The position numbers and the translations under genes are program-made. Positions 48,169-63,420 of a stretch of DNA of 64,000 nucleotides are shown piece after piece. The notes under the pieces were generated by a model. The model ran no database searches. It had not been told where the DNA came from and was given only the letters and a program-made list of their open reading frames with translations. Position 1 is the first letter of the stretch. Each line of letters starts with the position of its first letter. The DNA comes from Phaeosaccion multiseriatum (taxonomy: Eukaryota; Protista; Ochrophyta, other classes). The stretch spans positions 558,001-622,000 of the forward strand of contig OZ218958.1 in the NCBI GenBank assembly GCA_965112735.1, written 5' to 3'.

Positions 48169-51100
48169 TCTGCTACTGCTACTGCTGCGGTGTCACCACC
48201 TGCTGCTGTATCACCAACTGCTGCTGCTGCAGCCCGAATGGCGAGATGGCGGCGACTTGCGGCAGCGATTACAAGGTAAGAAAAGAAGAGACCAGGACAG
48301 AGAGAAGAAAGACGAGAGGAATAAGACCACAGAAAAGAGTCATCATACCTTCCCCCTAGAGAAAAGAGTCATCATACCTCCCCCCCCCCCCTGATCCCTC
48401 TGAGACAGATCTGGCTGTATGACGGAAAGACAGGGAACCCAACCAAGCAGCTGTCACCCTCTTCCTCTGGCGACGACCATACCGGTAGTGTGTACTCCCT
48501 TGCCTGGACCGCTGACTCCTGCCGCCTCGCTACGGCCTCTGCTGACAAGACAGTCAAGCTCTGGGATGTGGTGGGGGGGGGAGTGCGTCTTCACGTGGAC
48601 CTTCGGCACCCAGGTGAGTTGAGTGAGTGGTTGGGTGGTTGGGTGGTGGGTGAGTGAGTGAGTGAGTGAGTGAGTGGGTGAGAGTGAGTGAGTGAGTGAG
48701 AAAGAGTGCGTGAGTGAGAGTGAGTGAGTGAGTGAGAGTGAGTGAGTGAGTGAGAAAGAGTTGCGTGAGTGGTTGAGCGACAAATACTTTTTCCTGCCCT
48801 GCCCTTGACCCACGCAATATTCCCTCACAGGTTGGCGACATGCAGGTGTCTGTGGCCTCTCTCAACGGCCTCGGAGGGTACGGCTTCGCCTCCGTGTCTC
48901 TGTCGGCCAACATCGATCTCCTCAAAGAAGGGGAGCCCAGCACACCCCCCTCCGCCACCGTGCAGGCACATCAAGTAAGTACGAGTACATGTAAGAGCTG
49001 GTGATACACAGAGGGAGAGAGAAAGAGGGAGGGAGAAGTGGGACACACAGACAGACGGAGGCAGGAGATTTGCATATCATTGACCTCCCCCTCCTCCTCC
49101 CCCTCTTAAGGTTTCCATCACCGCGCTTTGCCCGACGGTGGACCCTACGACGGGCTATTTCTTGTCGGGCTCCTTCGACGGGGTTGTGATTGCGTGGGAT
49201 CCTGCCTCCTTGAGAGGTTCGAGGCTCACCGCGCAGGTGCGAAGGGAGAGGAGGAAGAGGAGGAGGAGGTGGAGGAGGTGGAGGAGGTGGAGGAGGAGGT
49301 GGAAGAGGTGGAGGAGGAGGAGAGAGCAGAGAGGAGGGGGGAAGAGGAGGAGGAGGAGGAGGAGGAGGAGGAGGAGGAGGAGGAGGAGGAGGAGGAGGAG
49401 GAGGAGGAGGAGGAGGAAAAAGAAGAGCCACTTGCTATGGACTGTCCCGAGGGGTGTATTTCAACCCTCCACCCCCCCCCCCTCCCTCTCTCCCCAACCA
49501 GAGCGGCGGCTGGAGCAGCAGCAGGGCGGCGGTGTGCGGAGCAGCCCACACCAATAAAGTGTCAGGCATTGCCCTGTCCGCCGCCGGAGTGGTGTCTGTC
49601 GGGTGGGATGACATGGTCCGGGTCGGGTCTGTCTCCACGGGAGAGGGGGGCGCGTATGTGAGCTGTGCGGCCACGAACGGACAGCCTTGTGGCGTGTCGG
49701 CTAGCCCTGCCTCCAGTTTGGCGGCGGTGGTGAGTGGACGAAGGGAGTGGGAGGGAGAAAGGGAGGGAGGGAGGGAGGGAGGGAGGGAGGGAGGGAGGCA
49801 GGGAGGGAGGGAGGGAGGGAGGCAGGCAGGCAGGGAGGGAGGGAGGGAGGGAGGGAGGGGGGGAGGGGGGGAGGGAGAGAATGGATGAGGGAGTGAGTAG
49901 GTGATTTGGTTGAGAGAGGACGTGATTAAGTAACGTGAGGGAGTGAGTGAGAGAGTGAGTGATTGAGTGAGTGAGTGGATGAGTGGGTGAGTGGGTGAGT
50001 GAGTGAGTGAGTGAGTGATTGAGTGAGTGAGTGAGTGAGTGAGTGAGTGAGTGAGTGAGCGGGTGAGTGAGTGAGTGAGTGAGTGAGAGAGTGAGTGAGT
50101 GAGTGGATGAGTGAATGAGTGAGTGAGTGAGTGAGTGAGTGAGTGAGTGAAGGCGTGCGAAAGGTCAGGCCCTCATTTTTGTCTCTGTCTCTCCCCTCCT
50201 CGCTTCGACCTTGCCCCCCCCCACCGCCCTGTACAAGGGCATCATGCTGTTCCGCGACTCCTCCGTGTTGTTGGGCATGGAGGTAAGCTACACCCCAACC
50301 TGCATTGCTCTCCTTGGAGAGGAGGAGGTGGCGGTGGGTAGCAGTGACAACAAGATTCACATATACTCTCTCCAGAGCGATGGTCATGACCTCACGGAGA
50401 CGAAGGTGGTGGAGGGACATCGCGGAGCTATCAAGGTTTGTTGGGAGGGAGGGAGGGAGGGAGGGAGGGAGGAAGGGAGGGAGGGAGGGAGGGAGGGAGG
50501 GAGGGAGGGAGAGAGGCAGGGAGAGAGGGGAGGTAGGGAGGAGGGAGGGAGGAAGGAGGGAGGCAGGGGAGGGAGGGAGGAGGGAGGGAGGGAGAGAGGG
50601 AGGGAGGGAGGGAGAGAGGGAGGGAGGGAGGGAGGGAGAGAGGGAGGGAGGGAGGGAGGGAGGGAGGTAGGGGGTGAGGGAGGGAGGGAGGGAGGTAGGT
50701 AAGGGGTGAGAGAGGGAGGTGGGTAGTGCTTGTCATGGTTGGGGAGCGAGCCATCCATCCATCCATCCGCTGCCGTCCATCCATCCATCCTGCGTGTTTG
50801 GATGTATCTACCCCATTTTCCCTTCCAATCTCTCTCTTCTTCCCTCTCGCTCTCCCTGCCTCCCACCCTACAGCCCTGCCTGCCTGCCTGCGTGCCTATC
50901 TGCCCTCTGCTCGACCTCTGACCTCCCTCCTCCTCCTCCTCCTCCTCCCTCCTCCTCCTCCTCCTCCTCCTCCTCCTCCTCCTCCTCCTCCTCCTCCTCC
51001 TCCTCCTCCTCCTCCTCCTCCTCCTCCTCCTCCTCCTCCTCCTCCTCCTCCTCCTCCTCCTCCTCCTCCTCCTCCTCCTCCTCCTCCTCCTCCTCCTCCT

Positions 51101-51421
51101 CCTCCTCCTCCTCCTCCTCCTCCTCCTCCTCCTCCTCCTCCTCCTCCTCCTCCTCCTCCTCCTCCTCCTCCTCCTCCTCCTCCTCCTCCTCCTCCTCCTC
51201 CTCCTCCTCCTCCTCCTCCTCCTCCTCCTCCTCCTCCTCCTCCTCCTCCTCCTCCTCCTCCTCCTCCTCCTCCTCCTCCTCCTCCTCCTCCTCCTCCTCC
51301 TCCTCCTCCTCCTCCTCCTCCTCCTCCTCCTCCTCCTCCTCCTCCTCCTCCTCCTCCTCCTCCTCCTCCTCCTCCTCCTCCTCCTCCTCCCCTTCCTCCT
51401 CCTCCTCCTCCTCCTCCTCCT

Positions 51422-51452
<31 letters not shown>

Positions 51453-51987
51453 CTCCCTTCTCTTCCTCCTCCCCTCAGGCGCTGGCCTACTCCCCCGACG
51501 GCTCGCACTTGGCCGCAGGAGACGCCGCCAGGGAGTGTGTCGTGTGGGCGCGTGGAGGCTGGGAAGCGGTGGTGCAAGGACTTTGGCAGTTTCATACGAG
51601 CACCATCCTCACCGTCGCTTGGTCTCCGAGCGGGTATGTGTGTGCGTGCATGTGTACGTGTTGTTTGGCTTTTATTTTTACATGGGACTGACTGGGGCAG
51701 AAACCTCTTTCTTTCTCTCTCTCTCTCGCTCTCTCGCTGTTTCTTTCTCTCTCGCTCTTTCTTTCTTTCTTTCTTTCGTTGTTTCTTTCTTTCGTTCTTT
51801 CTTTATTCTTTGTTTGCCTCTTTCAAATCTTTCATGTCCCATGTACGCTGCTCCCTTGGCGGTTTGCCTTACCTCCGCTGCTGCTACTGCAAGCAGCTCT
51901 TCTTGCACGGCTACTACTACCTTTCCTTGGTACTGATGCCCCTTCTTTCTCCCCCCCTCCCCTCACACACACGCACATTCACTCACA

Positions 51988-52044
<57 letters not shown>

Positions 52045-52252
52045 CCGCGAAGTGGCCACTGGCGGCCTCGACGAGAACGTGTTTGTGTGGTCCTTGGACC
52101 AGCCCCGCCGCCGCATCTACTACCCCTTCGCGAACAAGGACGGGGTGTCAGGACTACTGTGGCTCAGTGATGATGACCTCGTGTCGGCGGGAGGAGACCA
52201 CTGTCTCGCTCGATGGAACGTGGGGCAAGACAGACACAAGCTCACCCAATAG
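47837..52252 (+). CDS. WDR1: AIP1/WDR1-like WD40 protein (actin-interacting protein 1); N-terminal part missing, so probably a truncated copy
   Basis: Exons 47837-47916, 48233-48275, ~48409-48613, 48831-48974, 49111-49236, 49502-49729, ~50238-50435, 51479-51633, 52045-52252. They give the AIP1 signature FAGPPFKL...HSNFVNCLRYS|PNG...GSDYK|IWLYDGKTG, plus TASADKTVKLWD, VGDMQV, GHRGAIK|ALAYSPDG and ATGGLDENVFVW. One extra G lies in a G-run at ~48573-48581. No upstream AIP1 exons are recognisable. Confidence 0.8.
50925..51421. repeat. (CCT)n intronic microsatellite, ~0.5 kb
   Basis: Near-perfect trinucleotide tract, seen directly. Confidence 0.95.
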
Positions 52253-52837
52253 ATGGCAATAGATGGAGTGGAGTGGAGCGGAGAGGAGGAGTGGGGAGGG
52301 AAGTGTGTGGGAGGGGAGGGGAGGGGAGAGGAGAGGAGGGAAGGGGGGGGAGGGGAGGGAAGGGGAGAGGAGGGGAGGGGAGGGGAGGGGAGTGTGTGGG
52401 GGAGTGTAGAGTTGAGGAGCAATGCAGTCAGTGGAGCGGAGTGTTGGCTTGTAGGGGAGTGCACTGGCGAAGAGCGAAAGTGGCGAATGTTTTTGGGCTC
52501 CGTACACGTGTTGTGCGGGTGGAGTGTGTTTCGTGCAGAGTAACGTATGCAAAGCAAGACGATGACTTGGGCTCTCTGTCCCTGTCCGTCCAGACCCTTC
52601 TCGTTCTTTGCTCCTCCTCCAAGCGGCCAAAGCGGTACGAGGGTGAGGATGAGGAACCTCATCAGTGCTGCCTCTCCCCGATACCTCCCGCCCCCTCTCT
52701 CCCACGTCTCCGCCTCGGTCCGCGCCTCACTCCCGTCAGTCGTCGTCCCCTGACCCTGCCCCTGACCCTGCCCCTGACAGTGGCCTTGTTTCGTGCGTTG
52801 CATTCTCATAGAGCTGCACCTCCTCCGGGCACGTCTC

Positions 52838-55291
52838 CTAGACATCGACATCGCCATCTTCATCCTCCTCCTCCTCCTCCTCCTCCTCCTCCTCCTCCTC
52901 CTCCTCCTCCTCCTCCTCCTCCTCATCATCATCATCATCATCATCATCATCGTCATCAGCATCGTCGTCGTCGTCGTTGTCGTCCTCCTCATCATCATAA
53001 ATAGTAGGGCCATGGTACTTGACCTGAAGTCCCTCGGGACGATCTGCAGGCAGAGTACATCCCCGCCCAACCGTAAGCTTCCTCAGGCCAGCAGGCAGAT
53101 TCGCCAAATGGCAAGTGTATTTCCTTCCCAACTGTAGACTCCAGAGCGAAGCAGGCAGGGCCAGAGGGAGGTTAAAGTCCCGCCCCATCTCCACCTCCTC
53201 CACACCGCAAGGAAGGACCACGTGCTGATTGAAGTGCGAGTACCGGGCAAATGTGATCTTCTTCAGCGAAGCGGGGAGATCCAGAGGGAGATTAAAGTCC
53301 CGCCCCATCACCACCTCCTCCACACAGCAAGGAAGGACCACGTGCTGATTGAACCTTGCGCCAAATGTGATCTTCTTCAACGAAGCAGGCAGGGCCAAAG
53401 GGAGGTTAAAGTCCCACCCCATTTCCACCTCCTCCACACCGCAAGGAAGGACCACGTGTTGATCGAAGCAATTGCCAAATGTGATCTTCTTCAGCGAGGC
53501 AGGTAGGGCCAGAGGGAGGTTAAAGTCACGCCCCATGTGCACCTCCTCCACACCGCAAGGAAGGACCACGTGCTGATTGAAGCATTCGCCAAATGTGATC
53601 TTCTTCAGCGAAGCGGGCAGCTCCAGAGGGAGGTTAAAGTCCCTACCCATCTCCACATCCTCCACACCGCAAGGAAGGACCACGTGCTGATTGAAGAATA
53701 CGCCAAATGTGATCTTCTTCAGCGAAGCGGGCAGCTCCAGAGGGAGGTTAAAGAAATATCCCATCACCACCTCCTCCACACCGCAAGGAAGGACCACGTG
53801 TTGATTGAACCATTCGCCAAATGTGATCTTCTTCAGCGAGGTAGGCAGGTCCAGAGGGAGGTTAAAGCCCCCCCCCATCACCACCTCCTCCACACCGCAA
53901 GGAAGGACCAAGTGCTGATTGAATTCCGAGCTCCCGCTAAATCTGATCTTCTTCAGCGAGGCAGGCAGGTCCAGAGGGAGGTTAAAGTCACACCCCATCT
54001 CCACCTCCTCCACACCGCAAGGAAGGACCACGTGTTGATTAAACCTTTCGCCAAATGTGATCTTCTTCAGCGAGGTAGGCAGCTCCAGAGGGAGGTTAAA
54101 GCCCCCCCCCATCTCCACCTCCTCCACACCGCAAGGAAGGACCACGTGTTGATTGAACCTTGCGCCAAATGTGATCTTCTTCAGCGAGGTAGGCAGCTCC
54201 AGAGGGAGGTTAAAGTCCCACCCCATCTCCACCTCCTCCACACCGCAAGGAAGGACCAAGTGCTGATTGAATTCCGAGCTCCCGCTAAATCTGATCTTCT
54301 TCAGCGAGGCAGGCAGCTCCAGAGGGAGGTTAAAGTCCCACCCCATCTCCACCTCCTCCACACCGCAAGGAAGGACCACGTGTTGATTGAACCTTGAGCC
54401 AAATGTGATCTTCTTCAGCGAGGTAGGCAGGTCCAGAGGGAGGTTAAAGCCCCCCCCCATCTCCACCTCCTCCACACCACAAGGAAGGACAAAGTGCTGA
54501 TTGAACCTCCAGCCAAATGTGATCTTCTTCAGCGAGGCAGGCAGCTCCAAAGGGAGGTTGAAGTCCCACCCCATCTGCACCTCCTCCACACCGCAAGGAA
54601 GGACCACGTGCTGATTGAACCTTTCGCCAAATGTGATCTTCTTCAGCGAAGCTGGGAGATCCAAAGGGAGATTGAAGTCCCGCCCCATCTGCACCTCCTC
54701 CACGGTTCTTGGTAACGTGATGTTACCTTGGTTGAAACGGTCCGAGAAACACACACGCTTGACCGATGCCGGCAAAACCGCCAACGCCTTCGTGACCAGA
54801 GCATCGCCAGCAGAGGTCAGATCCAGAGCATGAAAGTAGCTCCTGCTGGGGCACAGGCGCACAGCGGCAATGCCGAACGTGCGTCTCGGTTTGCCTCCCC
54901 CCAGGCCTCCCACTCCCTCTCCGCTGCCAACGGCCCCCACCTCTGCCGCTAGAGATTGTGATAAACGAGTGTGTTTCTCCTCTTCCCGCTGCTGCCACCG
55001 GAGGAGACCGAGCATATGCTGTTGGACAGGGGCGGGCACAGCGGAATTTAGCACGAGAGTGCGTGATGTCACCTCGTCGAGGGCCCGGCTGACACCCCAA
55101 AGTTCCTTGCTCCGCAGTACGGTATCGAGAACACCCCAGGCCGCTACAGTCTGGCTCCTGCTGTCCCCAGCTTGGGCTCTGCACGCAGTAGAGGGACCAG
55201 CGGCGCTCTGCTGATGGGGACTGTGAGATATCATCCTCCCCGCCTCTCCCGCCTCTCCCTGCTGCCGGCACTCCTGAGCGCGGCGTTTCAT
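52838..55291 (-). CDS. Intronless FNIP-type (LRR-like) repeat protein, copy 1, 817 aa; 14 x 38-aa double repeats and an acidic tail
   Basis: Uninterrupted ORF with repeats FNQHVVLPCGVEEVxMGxx / FNLPLxLPASLKKITFGxx, matching the FNxxxxLPxxLxxLxFG pattern of FNIP repeats (here a 19-aa variant). Confidence 0.88.
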   Translation of the reverse strand: MKRRAQECRQQGEAGEAGRMISHSPHQQSAAGPSTACRAQAGDSRSQTVAAWGVLDTVLRSKELWGVSRALDEVTSRTLVLNSAVPAPVQQHMLGLLRWQQREEEKHTRLSQSLAAEVGAVGSGEGVGGLGGGKPRRTFGIAAVRLCPSRSYFHALDLTSAGDALVTKALAVLPASVKRVCFSDRFNQGNITLPRTVEEVQMGRDFNLPLDLPASLKKITFGERFNQHVVLPCGVEEVQMGWDFNLPLELPASLKKITFGWRFNQHFVLPCGVEEVEMGGGFNLPLDLPTSLKKITFGSRFNQHVVLPCGVEEVEMGWDFNLPLELPASLKKIRFSGSSEFNQHLVLPCGVEEVEMGWDFNLPLELPTSLKKITFGARFNQHVVLPCGVEEVEMGGGFNLPLELPTSLKKITFGERFNQHVVLPCGVEEVEMGCDFNLPLDLPASLKKIRFSGSSEFNQHLVLPCGVEEVVMGGGFNLPLDLPTSLKKITFGEWFNQHVVLPCGVEEVVMGYFFNLPLELPASLKKITFGVFFNQHVVLPCGVEDVEMGRDFNLPLELPASLKKITFGECFNQHVVLPCGVEEVHMGRDFNLPLALPASLKKITFGNCFDQHVVLPCGVEEVEMGWDFNLPLALPASLKKITFGARFNQHVVLPCCVEEVVMGRDFNLPLDLPASLKKITFARYSHFNQHVVLPCGVEEVEMGRDFNLPLALPASLWSLQLGRKYTCHLANLPAGLRKLTVGRGCTLPADRPEGLQVKYHGPTIYDDEEDDNDDDDDADDDDDDDDDDDEEEEEEEEEEEEEEEEEEEEDEDGDVDV

Positions 55292-55606
55292 TGCTCTTCC
55301 CTTTCGGGGGAAAGAAAAAAAGGCGGGGGCCCGGTACTGAGAGCGATGATAGCTGACAGCAGTCAGCGGCTGTAGAGGAGAAGTTGAGGTGCGGGAAGAT
55401 GGTTTAAGTCCTGCGTTTTCTCGTTCAAAGCTCCCTCACTGGATCCGTATTATCGCGAGCTTCACGAAGTAATTTTGTGATTATATTTGACACCCTTAAA
55501 GTGCCATCTATGGTTGTAAAAGTAACGCCTCAGCACCCCGTGATGATCCCGTGATCGAGGAGGGACGGCTGCAGCAGAAGCAGTAGCTGCTGAAAGGAGA
55601 GAGGAG

Positions 55607-55724
55607 GACGTGGAGCTAACATGTTTTAGAGCAAAAGAAGGAGCGTACAGACTTTGCCGAAGAAAGACGTGGAGCTAACATGTTTTAGAGGAAAAGAAGG
55701 AGAGTACAGACTTTGCCGAAGAAA
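55607..55724. repeat. 59-bp direct tandem repeat, 2 copies
   Basis: GACGTGGAGCTAACATGTTTTAGAG(C/G)AAAAGAAGGAG(C/A)GTACAGACTTTGCCGAAGAAA at 55607-55665 and 55666-55724. Confidence 0.9.
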
Positions 55725-56039
55725 GAGACAGGAACCTCGATGTCAACGCACTCACTCACTACGGCCAATCATGGCTTTGGCGGCGACTCCTCCTTTCAGG
55801 ATTTCAAGAAGTGGAAGGAGCTGGGGATGAACAAGAAGGAGGCGGAGACGGCACAGATCCTGTGCCCTCCCGCCGAAGTACGTGGTCAATGCGGAAGGGA
55901 GGGAGGTGCAGATTGTGGGTTTTTTGGGATTCGTGTGCCTCTCTCCGTCCATGCCGCTCCTCTCTATCTATGTATCTCTCCCTCCCTCTCCCTCCCTCTC
56001 CTTATGTCATCATGTTACATGTCCATTGTCCATGTCACA

Positions 56040-59717
<3,678 letters not shown>

Positions 59718-60698
59718 GGGACAAGAGACAGATGCGAGAGAGCAAGGCTGCTTGCTTACTGCACTCCAACGAGCAAGGAGGAGACAAGTAAAAGGGAGAG
59801 GGAGAGGGAGAGAGAGAGAGGGAGCAAGGCTAGTTGCTCACGGCACGGGCACTGGTGACACTGGGCAGCTGATGTGAGGTTCTGTCTGGAGTGGACGAGT
59901 TGGTGGTATGGTGGAGTGGATGGAGGAGCCTGTGATTTGCAGAGTGGGAGAGAGAAGAATGGAGGGAGGGATTGATGTGTAGTTTCTTTGACGACCTTCC
60001 TTCTATGTGTGTAGAGGGGGAGGGAGGGGTGTAAGGAGGCACTGCATGCCGCTTATTGCAGGAGTGGGGGCAAGGAAGGCCGCGCCACAGCTTGCTGGCG
60101 ATGAGGCTGGAGCGGGGAGGGAATGAGGAGAGGGGAAGGGAATGAGGTAAAACGAGAAGCAACAGAACTAACATCACATATTTATATATCAAAGGAAGCT
60201 CACTTGCGAAGCGTGGAAAGGAAAGTCGCCGCACTCTTGTGCCCAGTGGCGCGACTGCCCTTCTGCTCAGAGTCATCACAAGGCCCCATCATCGTATCGG
60301 GCGGTGCCATGCAGCTGCCGACACACACACACACTCTCTCTCTCTCGGGACAAGAATGGAGCATGATCCCCAGGCTGCCTTCAAAGAGAGATGACGTGTG
60401 ATGAGCGGCGAGAATGTTCCTTCCATCGCGCAGCGAGAGTGCGAGAGTGCGAGAGCCTGGAGGTGTAGGTACGCTCTCAGAGGCCCGGCAGCACCCCTCT
60501 CTCACTGCGATAGCGATGTCTGCAGTGGCCGTCCCACGGCAAGGCCCTTCGTCAAGTAGTGAATGGAGCGGGCATAGCTTCCGATGACTCGCCTCCAGCC
60601 ACGATGTCCACTGTGTGCTGCATGCCTCCCCCCCTCCTCTTTCCTCGGAGGAGCGCTGCGCTGTCCTAGCTACAAAGGCCACGTCTGTCTCTTAGAGC

Positions 60699-63233
60699 TC
60701 AATAATCGCCGGGTTCATCCTCGACCGCGTACTCGTGTATCAAAAGCCCCTCAGGTAGATGAACAGGCAGAGGATAGTTCTCACCAACGGTTAGCTCCAT
60801 GACGCCACTAGGCAGCGTCTCCATGGGGCAGGTGTTGTTCCGTCCAAGCTTGAGAATCTGGACCGAAGCAGGCAGGGCCAGGGGGAGGTTAAAGTCCCGC
60901 CCCATGTCCACCTCCTCCACACCGCAAGGAATGACCACGTGCTGATTGAACCGTGTGCTAAATGTGATCTTCTTCAGCGAAGCAGGTAGGGCCAAAGGAA
61001 GGTTAAAGTCATGCCCCATCTCCACCTCCTCCACACCGCAAGGAAGGACCACGTGCTGATTGAACCTTTCGCTAAATCTGATCTTCTTCAGCGAGGCAGG
61101 CAGCTCCAAAGGGAGGTTAAAGTCCCTACCCATCTGCACCTCCTCCACACCGCAAGGAATGACCACGTGCTGATTGAAACTTCCGCGAAATGTGATCTTC
61201 TTCAGCGAGGCAGGTAGGGCCAGAGGGAGGTTAAAGTCCCGCCCCATCTCCACCTCCTCCACACCGCAAGGAAGGACCACGTGCTGATTGAAGCTTTCGC
61301 CAAATCTGATCTTCCTCAGCGAGGCAGGCAGCTCCAAAGGGAGGTTAAAGTCCCTACCCATCACCAACTCCTCCACACCGCAAGGAATGACCACGTGCTG
61401 ATTGAAACTTCCGCGAAACGTCATCTTCTTCAGCGAGGCAGGTAGGACCAGAGGGAGGTTAAAGTCCCGCCCCATCTGCACCTCCTCCACACCGCAAGGA
61501 AGGACCACGTGCCGATTGAAGCTTTCGCCAAATGTGATCCTCTTCAGCGAAGCAGGGAGATCCAGAGGGAGGTTAAAGTCCCGCCCCATCTGCACCCCCT
61601 CCACACCGCAAGGAAGGACCACGTGCTGATTGAACTTCGAGAAGTCATCAAACTTGATCTTCTTCAGCGAAGCGGGGAGATCCAGAGGGAGGTTAAAGTC
61701 CCGCCCCATCTGCACCTCCTCCACACCGCAAGGAAGGACCACGTGCTGATTGAACCTTTCGCCAAATGTGATCTTCTTCAGCGAGGCAGGTACTAGGGCC
61801 AAAGGGAGGTTAAAGTTCCGCCCCATCCACACCTCCTCCACACCATCAGGAAGGACCACGTGCTGATTGAACCTTTCGCCAAATGTGACCTTCCTCAGCG
61901 AAGCGGGGAGATCCAGAGGGAGGTTAAAGTTCCGCCCCATCTGCACCTCCTCCACGCCGCAAGGAAGGACCACGTGCTGATTGAACCACGAGCCAAATGT
62001 GATCTTCTTCAGCGAGGCAGGCAGCTCCAAAGGGAGGTTAAAGTCCTGCCCCATCTGCACCTCCTCCACACCGCAAGGAAGGACCACGTGCTGATTGAAG
62101 TGCGAGTGCCCGACAAATGTGATCTTCTTCAGCGAGGCAGGCAGCTCCAAAGGGAGGTTAAAGTGATCCCCCATCACCACCTCCTCCACACCGCAAGGAA
62201 GGACCACGTGCTGATTGAACCTCCAGCCAAATGTGATCTTCTTCAGCGAGGCAGGCAGCTCCAAAGGGAGTCTAAAAGCCCAACCCATCTTCACCTCCTC
62301 CACACCGCAAGGAAGGACCACGTTCCGATTGAACCATTCGCCAAATGTGATCTTCTTCAGCGAAGCGGGGAGATCCAGAGGGAGGTCAAAGTTTTTCCCC
62401 ATCTCCACTTCCTCCACACCGCAAGGAAGGACCACGGGCTGATAGAACATTTCGCCAAATGTGATCTTCTTCAGCGAAGCGGGGAGACGCAAAGGGAAGT
62501 CGAAATCCCGCCCCATCTGCACCTCCTCCACACCGCAAGGAAGGACCACGCGCTGATTGAAGCTTTCGCCAAATGTGATCTTCTTCAGCGAGGCAGGCAG
62601 CTCCAGAGGGAGGTTGAAGACCCGCCCCATGTCCACCTCCTCCACGGTTCTTGGTAACGTGATGTTACCTTGGTTGAAATTGTCCGAGAAACACACACGC
62701 TTGACCGATGCCGGTAACAGCGCCAACGCCTTCGTGACCAGAGCTTCGTCAGCGGAGGCCAGATCGAGACCATGAAAGTAGCTCCTGCTGGGGCCCAGGC
62801 GCACAGCTGCAATGCCGAACGTGCGTCTCGGTTTGCCTACCCCCAGGCCTCCCTCTACCTCTCCGCTGCCAACAGCCCCCACCTCTGCCGCTAGAGATGG
62901 TGATGCACGAGTGTGTTTCTCCTCTTCCCGCTGCTGCCACCGGAGGAGACCAAGCATATGCTGTTGGACAGGGGCGGGCACAGCAGAATTTAGCACGAGA
63001 GTGCGTGATGTCACCTCGTCGAGGGCCCGGCTGACACCCCAAAGTTCCTTGCTCCGCAGGATGGTATCGAGAACACCCCAGGCCGCTACAGTCTGGTTCC
63101 TGCTGTCCCCAGCTTGGACGGTGCACGCAGTAGAGGGACCAGCGGCGCCCTGCTGCTGGGGACTGTGAGATATCATCCTCCCCGCCTCTCCCGCCTCTCC
63201 CTGTTGCCGGCACTCCTGAGCGCGGCGTTTCAT
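60699..63233 (-). CDS. Intronless FNIP-type repeat protein, copy 2, 844 aa; 16 double repeats
   Basis: Uninterrupted ORF. The N-terminal ~185 aa and ~190 bp of upstream DNA are nearly identical to copy 1, while the repeat order and C-terminal cap differ. Confidence 0.88.
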   Translation of the reverse strand: MKRRAQECRQQGEAGEAGRMISHSPQQQGAAGPSTACTVQAGDSRNQTVAAWGVLDTILRSKELWGVSRALDEVTSRTLVLNSAVPAPVQQHMLGLLRWQQREEEKHTRASPSLAAEVGAVGSGEVEGGLGVGKPRRTFGIAAVRLGPSRSYFHGLDLASADEALVTKALALLPASVKRVCFSDNFNQGNITLPRTVEEVDMGRVFNLPLELPASLKKITFGESFNQRVVLPCGVEEVQMGRDFDFPLRLPASLKKITFGEMFYQPVVLPCGVEEVEMGKNFDLPLDLPASLKKITFGEWFNRNVVLPCGVEEVKMGWAFRLPLELPASLKKITFGWRFNQHVVLPCGVEEVVMGDHFNLPLELPASLKKITFVGHSHFNQHVVLPCGVEEVQMGQDFNLPLELPASLKKITFGSWFNQHVVLPCGVEEVQMGRNFNLPLDLPASLRKVTFGERFNQHVVLPDGVEEVWMGRNFNLPLALVPASLKKITFGERFNQHVVLPCGVEEVQMGRDFNLPLDLPASLKKIKFDDFSKFNQHVVLPCGVEGVQMGRDFNLPLDLPASLKRITFGESFNRHVVLPCGVEEVQMGRDFNLPLVLPASLKKMTFRGSFNQHVVIPCGVEELVMGRDFNLPLELPASLRKIRFGESFNQHVVLPCGVEEVEMGRDFNLPLALPASLKKITFRGSFNQHVVIPCGVEEVQMGRDFNLPLELPASLKKIRFSERFNQHVVLPCGVEEVEMGHDFNLPLALPASLKKITFSTRFNQHVVIPCGVEEVDMGRDFNLPLALPASVQILKLGRNNTCPMETLPSGVMELTVGENYPLPVHLPEGLLIHEYAVEDEPGDY

Positions 63234-63420
63234 TGCTGTTCGCTTTCGGGGGAAAGAAAAAAAGGCGGGGGCCCGGTACTGAGAGCGATGATAGCTGACA
63301 GCACTCAGCGGCTGTAGAGGAGAAGTTGAGGTGCGGGAAGATGGCTCAAGTCCTGCGTATTCGCGTTCAAAGCTCCCTCACTGGATCCGTATTAACGCGA
63401 GCTTCCGAAGTAATTTTGTG

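Noticed and set aside
48571-48582. +1 frameshift in a WDR1 exon
   Set aside because: It falls in a G homopolymer and is probably a base-calling error, so it is not used as evidence of pseudogenisation.
50384-51936. Long poly-R, poly-S and poly-P ORFs, and similar SVCL/RQTD, poly-Y and VRVR ORFs elsewhere
   Set aside because: They are translations of intronic microsatellites that happen to lack stop codons.
55607-55724. Direct repeats containing GTTTTAGAGC, resembling a type II CRISPR repeat or sgRNA scaffold start
   Set aside because: There are only two units, the whole 59 bp is duplicated with no unique spacer, no cas genes are present and the context is eukaryotic. It is a simple tandem duplication.
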